In this document: piece after piece, positions 31,001-46,000 of the stretch | Position numbering within the stretch: the first letter of the stretch is position 1 | How the letters are laid out: each line of letters starts with the position of its first letter | From: the human T2T-CHM13v2.0 reference genome, Homo sapiens | DNA length: 64,000 bases | Reading direction: 5' to 3' (one strand) | Assembly (NCBI RefSeq): GCF_009914755.1 | Contig: NC_060948.1 | The notes under the pieces: model-generated | Seen by the model: the letters and a program-made list of their open reading frames with translations, nothing else | What the model was told of the DNA's origin: nothing | Databases searched by the model: none | Position numbers and translations under genes: made by a program

Positions 31001-34000
31001 AATGGAATGTATTAGAATGTAATGAACTTTAATGGAATGTACTCGAATGGATTCGACTGGAATGGAATGTTCTCGAAGTGAATGGACTCCAAAGGAATGG
31101 ATTCGAAAGGAATGGAATCTAATGGAATGGAATTTAATGGAAATGAATCAAATTGAATAGAACGGAATTGAATTGAATGGAATCGAATGCAATGGAATCT
31201 AATGAAACGGAAAGGAAAGGAATGGAATGGATTGGAATGGAATGGGCTTTAATGGAATGGAATCGAAACGAATGGAATGGAATCGAACTGAAGAGACTGG
31301 AATGGAATGCACTGGAATGGAAGGGAATGTAATGGAAGGTTCTCAAGAAAAATGGAATCGAAAGGAATGGAATTGAATGGAACGGAATAGAGTCGAACGG
31401 AATTCAATGGAATGGAATGGACTAGAGTGAAATGGAATCGAACCACAAGGAATGGACAGGAATAGAATGGTCTCGAATTGAATGGAATCGTATGGAATGG
31501 CATCAAACGGAATGGAATGGACAGCCACGGAATGGAATGCACTCGAATGCAATGGAGTCGACACTAACGGAGTGGAATAGAATGGACTCGACTGGTACGG
31601 ACTCTAATGGAATGGAATCGAATGGAATGGTATCGAACGGAATGGACTCGAAGGGAAAAGACTGCAATGGAAAGGTCTCGAATGGAATGGAAATTAATGG
31701 AATGGAATGGAATCGAATGAAATGGAGTCAAAAGGAATGGAATCGAATGGCAAGAAATCGAATGTAATGGAATCGCAAGGAATTGAAGTGAACGGAACGG
31801 AATGCAATGGAATCCAAAGGAATGGAATAGAATGGAATGGAATCGAATGGAAAGGACTCGAATGGAAATCACTCGAATAGAATGCAATTTAATAAAATAG
31901 GATCAAATGTAATGGAATGGAATGGAAAGGAATCGAAACGAAAGGAATGGAGACAGATGGAATGGAATGGAACAGAGAGCAATGGTATAGAATGGAATGG
32001 AATCATCTGGAATGGAATTGAATGGAATGGAATAACATGAAATGGACTGGAATGGAATGGAATGCCCTTGAATTAAATGGACTGGAATGGAATGGACTCG
32101 AACAGAGTGGAATGGAAAGTGTTGAAATAGAATGGAATGGACTCGTTTGGAATGGTGTAGTATGCAATGCAATCGACTGGCAAGGAATCAAAAGGAATGT
32201 AATCGAATGGATTGGACTGGAATGCAATGGACTCGAATAGATTGGAAACGGAAAGCAAAGGAATGGAATGGAATAGTATGGAATGGAATGGAAAGGAATG
32301 GAGTGGAATAGACTAGAGTGGAATGGAATGGACTGGAAAGCAATGGACTGGAATGGAACTTTCTTGAATGGACTGGAATCAAACGGAATGGAATGCAATG
32401 CAATCAAATGGCATGGAATAAAATAGAATGAAAGAGAATCAAATGGAATTGAATCGAATGGAATCGAATGGATTGGAAAGGAATAGAATGGAATGGAACG
32501 GAATTGACTCAAATGGAATGGACTAGAATGGAATGGATTCGAATGGAAGGCAAATGAATGGAATCTATTGGAATGGACTGTAATGGAATGGAATGGAAGG
32601 GATTGGAATGGACTCGAATGGAATGGACTGCAATAGAAAGGATTCGAATGGAATGAAAAAGAATTGAATGGAATAGAACAGAATGGAATCAAATCGAATG
32701 AAATGGAATGGAAGAGAAAGGAATGGAATGAAATGGAATGGAAAGGATTCGAATGGAATGCAATCGAATGGAATGGAATCGAACGGAATGGAATAAAATG
32801 GAAGAAAACTGGCAAGAAATGGAATCGAAATGAATGGAGTGTTATGGAACGGACTCAAAAGGAATTGAATGTAATAGAATGGAGTGGAGTGGACTCGAAT
32901 ATAATGGACTGGAATGGAATGAAATCACATGGAATGGGAACGAATGGAATATAATGGAAAGGAATGGAATCGAATGGAAAGGAATCGAATGGAAGGGAAT
33001 GAAATTGAATCAACAGGAATGGAAGGGAGTAGAATAGACGGTAATGGAATGGACTCGAATAGAATGGACACGAATGCTCAAATTGAATGGACTCGAATGG
33101 AATGGAAACGAAAGGAATGTCATCGAATGGAATTGAATCGATTGGAATGAAATCGCATAGAATGGAGTGGAATCAAATGGAATTGAATCGAAAGGAAAGG
33201 AAGCGAATGGACTGAAATGAAATGGAATGGAATTGAATGGAAAGTAATGCAATGGAATAGAATGGAACGAAATTTCACGGAATGGAATCAAACTGAATGG
33301 AATCAAATCAATGGAATATAATCAAATGGAATGGAAAGGAATTGAATGGAGTAGATTGGATTGGATGGGATTGGAATGAAATGTACTGGAAAGGACTCGA
33401 AATTCATGAAACGGAATGGAATGAACTGGAACGGAATGGACTCGAATGGAATGGAATGTCATGGAATGGCATCAAATGGAATGGAATCGAATGCGATGGA
33501 ATGCTATGGAATGGAATGGAATGCATTGGAATGGAATGTCCTCTAATGGAATGTATTCGAGTGGAATGGAATCGAATATAATGGAGTCTAATGAAATGGA
33601 ATTGAAAGGAATGGGACCGAATACAATGGAATAAACTGGAATGTAATGTAATGAACTCGAATGTAATTGACTGGAATGGAATGTACATGAATGGAATGTA
33701 ATCGAATGGAAAGCAATCCAATGGAATAGAATCTAATGCAATAAAATCGACTCAAATAGAGTAGAATGTAATGGAATGGAGTGCAGTGCAATGGAATGGA
33801 ATGGAATGCAACGGAATGGAATGGAATGGAATGGAATGGGATGGAATGGTATGGAATGGATAGTAATGGACTGGAGTGAAATGGACTGGAAAAGAATGGA
33901 CTCAAATTGAAAGGGCTCGAAAGGAATGGAGTCAAATGGAATGGTCTGGAATGGAATGAACACGAATGTAATGCAATCCAATAGAATGGAATCGAATGGC

Positions 34001-37000
34001 ATGGAATATAAAGAAATGGAATCGAAGAGAATGGAAACAAATGGAATGGAATTGAATGGAATGGAATTGAATGGAATGGGAACGAATGGAGTGAAATTGT
34101 ATGCAGTAGAAGAGAATAGAATGGAATGCAAGCGAAAGGAAAGGAATGGATTGGAATGGAATGGAATTCATTGGAATGGAAGGGAATGTAGTGTAATGGA
34201 CAGGCCTGGAATAAAGTGGAATGCTACGGTCTCGAATGGAATAAAAATGTATGGAATGGAATGCAATGAAACGGAATCGAATGTCATAGAATGTAATGGA
34301 ATGCAAAAAAATGGACTCCAAAATCATTGACTGGAAAGGCTGGGTGTCGAAAGGAATTGACTCCAATGGAATGGAATCGAATGGAATGGAAGTGAATAGA
34401 ATCGAACTAAATCGAATGGAATGGAATTGATAGGAACGGAATGGAAAGGAATGCAATGATTGGGCATGGAATGGAATCGAAAGGCATCGAATGGAATGGA
34501 ATGGAATGCAATGGAATGGAATGTATTAGAATATAATGAACATTAATGGAAAGTACTCGAATGGATTCGACTGGAATGGAATGTTCTGGAAGTGAATGGA
34601 CTCCAATGGAATGGATTCGAAAGGAATGGAATCGAACGGAACGGAATTAAACGGAAATGAATCAAATAGAATAGAACGGAATTGAATTGAATGGAATCGA
34701 ATGCAATGGAATCTAATGAAACGGAAAGGAATGGAATGGAATGGGCTGGAATGGAATGGAATCGAAACGAATGGAATGGAATCGAACTGAAGAGACTGGA
34801 ATGGAATGCACTGGAATGGAAGGGAATGTAATGGAAGGTTCTCGAAAAAAATGGAATCGAAAGGAATGGAATTGAATGGAACGGAATAGAGTCGAATGGA
34901 ATTCAATGGAATGGAATGGACTAGAGTGAAATGGAATCGAACCACAAGGAATGGACAGGAATAGAATGGTCTCGAATTGAATGGAATCGTATGGAATGGC
35001 ATCAAACGGAATGGAATGGACGGCCACGGAATGGAATGCACTCGAATGCAATGGAGTCGAAACTAATGGACTGGAATAGAATGGACTCGACTGGTACGGA
35101 CTCCAACGGAATGGAATCGAATGGAAGGGAATCGAACGGAATGGACTCGAAGGGAAAAGACTGCAATGGAAAGGTCTCGAATGGAATGGAAATTAATGGA
35201 ATGGAATGGAATCGAATGACATGGAGTCAAAAGGAATGGAATCGAATGGCAAGAAATCGAATGTAATGGAATCGCAAGGAATTGATGTGAACGGAACGGA
35301 ATGGAATGGAATCCAAAGGAATGTAATAGAATGGAATGGAATCGAATGGAAAGGACTCGAATGGAAATCACTCGAATAGAATGCAATTTAATAAAATAGG
35401 ATCAAATGTAATGGAATGGAATGGAAAGGAATCGAAACGAAAGGAATGGAGACAGATGGAATGGAATGGAACAGAGAGCAATGGTATAGAATGGAATGGA
35501 ATCATCTGGAATGGAATTGAATGGAATGGAATAATATGAAATGGAATGGAATGGAATGGAATGCCCTTGAATTAAATGGACTGGAATGGAATGGACTCGA
35601 ACAGAGTGGAATGGAAAGTTTTGAAATAGAATGGAATGGACTCGTTTGGAATGGTCTAGTATGCAATGCAATAGACTGGCAGGGAATCAAAAGGAATGTA
35701 ATCGAATGGATTGGACTGGAATGCAATGGACTCGAATAGATTGGAAACGGAAAGCAAAGGAATGGAATGGAATAGTATGGAATGGAATGCAAAGGAATGG
35801 AGTGGAATAGACTAGAGTGGAATGGAATGGACTCGGAAGCAATGGACTGGAATGGAACTTTCTTGAATGGACTGGAATCAAACGGAATGGAATGCAATGC
35901 AATCAAATGGCATGGAATAAAATAGAATGAAAGAGAATCAAATGGAATTGAATCGAATGGAATCGAATGGATTGGAAAGGAATAGAATGGAATGGAATGG
36001 AATTGACTCAAATGGAATGGACTAGAATGGAATGGATTCGAATGGAAGGCAAAGGAATGGAATCTATTGGAATGGACTGTAATGGAATGGAATGGAAGGG
36101 ATTGGAATGGACTCGAATGGAATGGACTGCAGTAGAAAGGATTCGAATGGAATGAAAAAGAATTGAATGGAATAGAACAGAATGGAATCAAATCGAATGA
36201 AATGGAATGGAATAGAAAGGAATGGAATGAAATGGAATGGAAAGGATTCGAATGGAATGCAATCGAATGGAATGAAATCGAATGGAATGGAATCGAACGG
36301 AATGGAATAAAATGGAAGAAAACTGGCAAGAAATGGAATCGAAATGAATGGAGTGTTATGGAACGGACTCAAAAGGAATTGAATGTAATAGAATGGAGTG
36401 GAGTGGACTCGAATATAATGGACTAGAATGGAATGAAATCACATGGAATGGGAACGAATGGAATGGAATGGAAAGGAATGGAATCGAATGGAAACGAATC
36501 GAATGGAAGGGAATGAAATTGAATCAACAGGAATGGAAGGGAGTAGAATAGACGGTAATGGAATGGACTCGAATAGAATGGACACGAATGCTCAAATTGA
36601 ATGGACTCGAATGGAATGTCAACGAAAGGAATGTCATCGAATGGAATTGAATCGATTGGAATGAAATCACATAGAATGGAGTGGAATCAAATGGAATTGA
36701 ATCGAAAGGAAAGGAAGCGAATGGACTGAAATGAAATGGAATGGAATTGAATGGAAATTAATGCAATGGAATAGAATGGAACGAAATTTCACGGAATGGA
36801 ATCAAACTGAATGGAATCAAATCAATGGAATATAATCAAATGGAATGGAAAGGAATTGAATGGAGTAGATTGGATTGGATGGGATTGGAATGAAATGTAC
36901 TGGAAAGGACTCGAATTTCATGAAACGGAATGGAATGAATTGGAACGGAATGGACTCGAATGGAATGGAATGTCATGGAATGGCATCAAATGGAATGGAA

Positions 37001-40000
37001 TCGAATGCGATGGAATGCTATGGAATGGAATGGAATGCATTGGAATGGAATGTCCTCTAATGGAATGTATTCGAGTGGAATGGAATCGAATATAATGGAG
37101 TCTAATGAAATGGAATTGAAAGGAATGGGACCGAATACAATGGAATAAACTGGAATGTAATGTAATGAACTCGAATGTAATTGACTGGAATGGAATGTAC
37201 ATGAATGGAATGTAATCGAATGGAAAGCAATCCAATGGAATAGAATCTAATGCAATAAAATCGACTCAAATAGAGTAGAATGTAATGGAATGGAGTGCAG
37301 TGCAATGGAATGGAATGGAATGCAATGGAATGGAATGGAATGGAATGGAATGGGATGGAATGGTATGGAATGGATAGTAATGGACTGGAGTGAAATGGAC
37401 TGGAAAAGAATGGACTCAAATTGAAAGGGCTCGAAAGGAATGGAGTCAAATGGAATGGTCTGGAATGGAATGAACACGAATGTAATGCAATCCAATAGAA
37501 TGGAATCGAATGGCATGGAATATAAAGAAATGGAATCGAAGAGAATGGAAACAAATGGAATGGAATTGAATGGAATGGAATTGAATGGAATGGGAACGAA
37601 TGGAGTGAAATTGTATGCAGTAGAAGAGAATAGAATGGAATGCAAGCGAAAGGAAAGGAATGGATTGGAATGGAATGGAATTCATTGGAATGGAAGGGAA
37701 TGTAGTGTAATGGACAGGCCTGGAATAAAGTGGAATGCTACGGTCTCGAATGGAATAAAAATGTATGGAATGGAATGCAATGAAACGGAATCGAATGTCA
37801 TAGAATGTAATGGAATGCAAAAAAATGGACTCCAAAATCATTGACTGGAAAGGCTGGGTGTCGAAAGGAATTGACTCCAATGGAATGGAATCGAATGGAA
37901 TGGAAGTGAATAGAATCGAACTAAATCGAATGGAATGGAATTGATAGGAACGGAATGGCAAGGAATGCAATGATTTGGCATGGAATGGAATCGAAAGGCA
38001 TCGAATGGAATGGAATGGAATGCAATGGAATGGAATGTATTAGAATGTAATGAACATTAATGGAAAGTACTCGAATGGATTCGACTGGAATGGAATGTTC
38101 TGGAAGTGAATGGACTCCAATGGAATGGATTCGAAAGGAATGGAATCGAACGGAATGGAATTAAACGGAAATGAATCAAATAGAATAGAACGGAATTGAA
38201 TTGAATGGAATCGAAAGCAATGGAATCTAATGAAACGGAAAGGAATGGAATGGAATGGGCTGGAATGGAATGGAATCGAAACGAATGGAATGGAATCGAA
38301 CTGAAGAGACTGGAATGGAATGCACTGGAATGGAAGGGAATGTAATGGAAGGTTCTCGAAAAAAATGGAATCGAAAGGAATGGAATTGAATGGAACGGAA
38401 TAGAGTCGAATGGAATTGAATGGAATGGAATGGACTAGAGTGAAATGGAATCGAACCACAAGGAATGGACAGGAATAGAATGGTCTCGAATTGAATGGAA
38501 TCGTATGGAATGGCATCAAACGGAATGGAATGGACGGCCACGGAATGGAATGCACTCGAATGCAATGGAGTCGAAACTAATGGACTGGAATAGAATGGAC
38601 TCGACTGGTACGGACTCCAATGGAATGGAATCGAATGGAAGGGAATCGAACGGAATGGACTCGAAGGGAAAAGACTGCAATGGAAAGGTCTCGAATGGAA
38701 TGGAAATTAATGGAATGGAATGGAATCGAATGAAATGGAGTCAAAAGGAATGGAATCGAATGGCAAGAAATCGAATGTAATGGAATCGCAAGGAATTGAT
38801 GTGAACGGAACGGAATGGAATGGAATCCAAAGGAATGGAATAGAATGGAATGGAATCGAATGGAAAGGACTCGAATGGAAATCACTCGAATAGAATGCAA
38901 TTTAATAAAATAGGATCAAATGGAATGGAATGGAATGGAAAGGAATCGAAACGAAAGGAATGGAGACAGATGGAATGGAATGGAACAGAGAGCAATGGTA
39001 TAGAATGGAATGGAATCATCTGGAATGGAATTGAATGGAATGGAATAATATGAAATGGAATGGAATGGAATGGAATGCCCTTGAATTAAATGGACTGGAA
39101 TGGAATGGACTCGAACAGAGTGGAATGGAAAGTGTTGAAATAGAATGGAATGGACTCGTTTGGAATGGTCTAGTATGCAATGCAATCGACTGGCAGGGAA
39201 TCAAAAGGAATGTAATCGAATGGATTGGACTGGAATGCAATGGACTCAAATAGATTGGAAACGGAAAGCAAAGGAATGGAATGGAATAGTATGGAATGGA
39301 ATGCAAAGGAATGGAGTGGAATAGACTAGAGTGGAATGGAATGGACTCGAAAGCAATGGACTGGAATGGAACTTTCTTGAATGGACTGGAATCAAACGGA
39401 ATGGAATGCAATGCAATCAAATGGCATGGAATAAAATAGAATGAAAGAGAATCAAATGGAATTGAATCGAATGGAATCGAATGGATTGGAAAGGAATAGA
39501 ATGGAATGGAATGGAATTGACTCAAATGGAATGGACTAGAATGGAATGGATTCGAATGGAAGGCAAAGGAATGGAATCTATTGGAATGGACTGTAATGGA
39601 ATGGAATGGAAGGGATTGGAATGGACTTGAATGGAATGGACTGCAGTAGAAAGGATTCGAATGGAATGAAAAAGAATTGAATGGAATAGAACAGAATGGA
39701 ATCAAATCGAATGAAATGGAATGGAATAGAAAGGAATGGAATGAAATGGAATGGAAAGGATTCGAATGGAATGCAATCGAATGGAATGAAATCGAATGGA
39801 ATGGAATCGAACGGAATGGAATAAAATGGAAGAAAACTGGCAAGAAATGGAATCGAAATGAATGGAGTGTTATGGAACGGACTCAAAAGGAATTGAATGT
39901 AATAGAATGGAGTGGAGTGGACTCGAATATAATGGACTAGAATGGAATGAAATCACATGGAATGGGAACGAATGGAATGGAATGGAAAGGAATGGAATCG

Positions 40001-43000
40001 AATGGAAAGGAATCGAATGGAAGGGAATGAAATTGAATCAACAGGAATGGAAGGGAGTAGAATAGACGGTAATGGAATGGACTCGAATAGAATGGACACG
40101 AATGCTCAAATTGAATGGACTCGAATGGAATGGCAACGAAAGGAATGTCATCGAATGGAATTGAATCGATTGGAATGAAATCACATAGAATGGAGTGGAA
40201 TCAAATGGAATTGAATCGAAAGGAAAGGAAGCGAATGGACTGAAATGAAATGGAATGGAATTGAATGGAAATTAATGCAATGGAATAGAATGGAACGAAA
40301 TTTCACGGAATGGAATCAAACTGAATGGAATCAAATCAATGGAATATAATCAAATGGAATGGAAAGGAATTGAATGGAGTAGATTGAATTGGATGGGATT
40401 GGAATGAAATGTACTGGAAAGGACACGAATTTCATGAAACGGAATGGAATGAATTGGAACGGAATGGACTCGAATGGAATGGAATGTCATGGAATGGCAT
40501 CAAATGGAATGGAATCGAATGCGATGGAATGCTATGGAATGGAATGGAATGCATTGGAATGGAATGTCCTCTAATGGAATGTATTCGAGTGGAATGGAAT
40601 CGAATATAATGGAGTCTAATGAAATGGAATTGAAAGGAATGGGACCGAATACAATGGAATATACTGGAATGTAATGTAATGAACTCGAATGTAATTGACT
40701 GGAATGGAATGTACATGAATGGAATGTAATCGAATGGAAAGCAATCCAATGGAATAGAATCTAATGCAATAAAATCGAGTCAAATAGAGTAGAATGTAAT
40801 GGAATGGAGTGCAGTGCAATGCAATGGAATGGAATGGAATGCAATGGAATGGAATGGAATGGAATGGGATGGAATGGTATGGAATGGATAGTAATGGACT
40901 GGAGTGAAATGGACTGGAAAAGAATGGACTCAAATTGAAAGGGCTCGAAAGGAATGGAGTCAAATGGAATGGTCTGGAATGGAATGAACACGAATGTAAT
41001 GCAATCCAATAGAATGGAATCGAATGGCATGGAATATAAAGAAATGGAATCGAAGAGAATGGAAACAAATGGAATGGAATTGAATGGAATGGAATTGAAT
41101 GGAATGGGAACGAATGGAGTGAAATTGTATGCAGTAGAAGAGAATAGAATGGAATGCAAGCGAAAGGAAAGGAATGGATTGGAATGGAATGGAATTCATT
41201 GGAATGGAAGGGAATGTAGTGTAATGGACAGGCCTGGAATAAAGTGGAATGCTACGGTCTCGAATGGAATAAAAATGTATGGAACGGAATGCAATGAAAC
41301 GGAATCGAATGTCATAGAATGTAATGGAATGCAAAAAAATGGACTCCAAAATCATTGACTGGAAAGGCTGGGTGTCGAAAGGAATTGACTCCAATGGAAT
41401 GGAATCGAATGGAATGGAAGTGAATAGAATCGAACTAAATCAAATGGAATGGAATTGATAGGAACGGAATGGAAAGGAATGCAATGATTTGGCATGGAAT
41501 GGAATCGAATGGCATCGAATGGAATGGAATGGAATGCAATGGAATGGAATGTATTAGAATGTAATGAACTTTAATGGAATGTACTCGAATGGATTCGACT
41601 GGAATGGAATGTTCTCGAAGTGAATGGACTCCGATGGAATGGATTCGAAAGGAATGGAATCTAATGGAATGGAATTAAATGGAAATGAATCAAATTGAAT
41701 AGAACGGAATTGAATTGAATGGAATCGAATGCAATGGAATCTAATGAAACGGAAAGGAAAGGAATGGAATGGATTGGAATGGAATGGGCTGGAATGGAAT
41801 GGAATCGAAACGAATGGAATGAAATCGAACTGAAGAGACTGGAATGGAATGCACTGGAATGGAAGGGAATGTAATGGAAGGTTCTCGAAAAAAATGGAAT
41901 CGAAATGAATGGAATTGAATGGAACGGAATAGAGTCGAATGGAATTGAATGGAATGGAATGGACTAGAGTGAAATGGAATCGAACCACAAGGAATGGACA
42001 GGAATAGAATGGTCTCGAATTGAATGGAATCGTATGGAATGGCATCAAACGGAATGGAATGGACAGCCACGGAATGGAATGGACACCCACGGAATGGAAT
42101 GCACTCGAATGCAATGGAGTCGACACTAATGGACTGGAATAGAATGGACTCGACTGGTACGGACTCCAATGGAATGGAATCGAATGGAAGGGAATCGAAA
42201 GGAATGGACTCGAAGGGAAAAGACTGCAATGGAAAGGTCTCCAATGGAATGGAAATTAATGGAATGGAATGGAATCGAATGAAATGGAGTCAAAAGGAAT
42301 GGAATCGAATGGCAAGAAATCGAATGTAATGGAATCGCAAGGAATTGATGTGAACGGAACGGAATGGAATGGAATCCAAAGGAATGGAATAGAATGGAAT
42401 GGAATCGAATGGAAAGGACTCGAATGGAAATCACTCGAATAGAATGCAATTTAATAAAATAGGATCAAATGTAATGGAATGGAATGGAAAGGAATCGAAA
42501 CGAAAGGAATGGAGACAGATGGAATGGAATGGAACAGAGAGCAATGGTATAGAATGGAATGGAATCATCTGGAATGGAATTGAATGGAATGGAATAATAT
42601 GAAATGGAATGGAATGGAATGGAATGCCCTTGAATTAAATGGACTGGAATGCAATGGACTCGAACAGAGTGGAATGGAAAGTGTTGAAATAGAATGGAAT
42701 GGACTCGTTTGGAATGGTCTAGTATGCAATGCAATCGACTGGCAGGGAATCAAAAGGAATGTAATCGAATGGATTGGACTGGAATGCAATGGACTCGAAT
42801 AGATTGGAAGCGGAAAGCAAAGGAATGGAATGGAATAGTATGGAATGGAATGCAAAGGAATGGAGTGGAATAGACTAGAGTGGAATGGAATGGACTGGAA
42901 AGCAATGGACTGGAATGGAACTTTCTTGAATGGACTGGAATCAAACGGAATGGAATGCAATGCAATCAAATGGCATGGAATAAAATAGAATGAAAGAGAA

Positions 43001-46000
43001 TCAAATGGAATTGAATCGAATGGAATCGAATGGATTGGAAAGGAATAGAATGGAATGGAATGGAATTGACTCAAATGGAATGGACTAGAATGGAATGGAT
43101 TCGAATGGAAGGCAAAGGAATGGAATCTATTGGAATGGACTGTAATGGAATGGAATGGAAGGGATTGGAATAGACTCGAATGGAATGCGCTGCAATAGAA
43201 AGGATTCGAATGGAATGAAAAAGAATTGAATGGAATAGAACAGAATGGAATCATATCGAATGAAATGGAATGGAATAGAAAGGAATGCAATGAAATGGAA
43301 TGGAAAGGATTCGAATGGAATGCAATCGAATGGAATGAAATCGAATGGAATGGAATCGAACGGAATGGAATAAAATGGAAGAAAACTGGCAAGAAATGGA
43401 GTCGAAATGAATGGAGTGTTATGGAACGGACTCAAAAGGAATTGAATGTAATAGAATGGAGTGGAGTGGACTCGAATATAATGGACTGGAGTGGAATGAA
43501 ATCACATGGAATGGGAACGAATGGAATGGAATGGAAAGGAATGGAATCGAATGGAAAGGAATCGAATGGAAGGGAATGAAATTGAATCAACAGGAATGGA
43601 AGGGAGTAGAATAGACGGTAGTGGAATGGACTCGAATACAATGGACACGAATGCTCAAATTGAATGGACTCGAATGGAATGGAAACGAAAGGAATGTCAT
43701 CGAATGGAATTGAATCTATTGGAATGAAATCACATAGAATGGAGTGGAATCAAATGGAATTGAATCGAAAGGAAAGGAAGCGAATGGACTGAAATGAAAT
43801 GGAATGGAATTGAATGGAAATTAATGCAATGGAATAGAATGGAACGAAATTTCACGGAATGGAATCAAACTGAATGGAATCAAATCAATGGAATATAATC
43901 AAATGGAATGGAAAGGAATTGAATGGAGTAGATTGGATTGGATGGGATTGGAATGAAATGTACTGGAAAGGACTCGAATTTCATGAAACGGAATGGAATG
44001 AATTAGAACGGAATGGACTCGAATGGAATGGAATGTCATGGAATGGCATCAAATGGAATGGAATCGAATGCGATGGAATGCTATGGAATGGAATGGAATG
44101 CATTGGAATGGAATGTCCTCTAATGGAATGGATTCGAGTGGAATGGAATCGAATATAATGGAGTCTAATGAAATAGAATTGAAAGGAATGGGACCGAATA
44201 CAATGGAATATACTGGAATGTAATGTAATGAACTCGAATGTAATTGACTGGAATGGAATGTACATGAATGGAATGTAATCGAATGGAAAGCAATCCAATG
44301 GAATAGAATCTAATGCAATAAAATCGAGTCAAATAGAGTAGAATGTAATGGAATGGAGTGCAGTGCAATGGAATGGAATGGAATGGAATGCAATGGAATG
44401 GAATGGAATGGAATGGGATGGAATGGTATGGAATGGATAGTAATGGACTGGAGTGAAATGGACTGGAAAAGAATGGACTCAAATTGAAAGGGCTCGAAAG
44501 GAATGGAGTCAAATGGAATGGTCTGGAATGGAATGAACACGAATGTAATGCAATCCAATAGAATGGAATCGAATGGCATGGTATATAAAGAAATGGAATC
44601 GAAGAGAATGGAAACAAATGGAATGGAATTGAATGGAATGGAATTGAATGGAATGGGAACGAATGGAGTGAAATTGTATGCAGTAGAAGAGAATAGAATG
44701 GAATGCAAGCGAAAGGAAAGGAATGGATTGGAATGGAATGGAATTCATTGGAATGGAAGGGAATGTAGTGTAATGGACAGGCCTGGAATAAAGTGGAATG
44801 CTACGGTCTCGAATGGAATAAAAATGTATGGAATGGAATGCAATGAAACGGAATCGAATGTCATAGAATGTAATGGAATGCAAAAAAATGGACTCCAAAA
44901 TCATTGACTGGAAAGGCTGGGTGTCGAAAGGAATTGACTCCAATGGAATGGAATCGAATGGAATGGAAGTGAATAGAATCGAACTAAATCGAATGGAATG
45001 GAATTGATAGGAACGGAATGGAAAGGAATGCAATGATTTGTCATGGAATGGAATCGAATGGCATCGAATGGAATGGAATGGAATGCAATGGAATGGAATG
45101 TATTAGAATGTAATGAACTTTAATGGAATGTACTCGAATGGATTCGACTGGAATGGAATGTTCTCGAAGTGAACGGACTCCAATGGAATGGATTCGAAAG
45201 GAATGGAATCTAATGGAATGGAATTAAACGGAAATGAATCAAATAGAATAGAACGGAATTGAATTGAATGAAATCGAATGCAATGGAATCTAATGAAACG
45301 GAAAGGAATGGAATGGAATGGGCTGGAATGGAATGGAATCGAAACGAATGGAATGGAATCGAACTGAAGAGTCTGGAATGGAATGCACTGGAATGGAAGG
45401 GAATGTAATGGAAGGTTCTCGAAAAAAATGGAATCGAAAGGAATGGAATTGAATGGAACGGAATAGAGTCGAATGGAATTGAATGGAATGGAATGGACTA
45501 GAGTGAAATGGAATCGAACCACAAGGAATGGACAGGAATAGAATGGTCTCGAATTGAATGGAATCGTATGGAATGGCATCAAACGGAATGGAATGGACAG
45601 CCACGGAATGGAATGGACAGCCACGGAATGGAATGCACTCGAATGCAATGGAGTCGACACTAATGGACTGGAATAGAATGGACTCGACTGGTACGGACTC
45701 CAATGGAATGGAATCGAATGGAAGGGAATCGAACGGAATGGACTCGAAGGGAAAAGACTGCAATGGAATGGTCTCCAATGGAATGGAAATTAATGGAATG
45801 GAATGGAATCGAATGAAATGGAGTCAAAAGGAATGGAATCGAATGGCAAGAAATCGAATGTAATGGAATCGCAAGGAATTGATGTGAACGGAACGGAATG
45901 GAATGGAATCCAAAGGAATGGAATAGAATGGAATGGAATCGAATGGAAAGGACTCGAATGGAAATCACTCGAATAGAATAAAATTTAATAAAATAGGATC

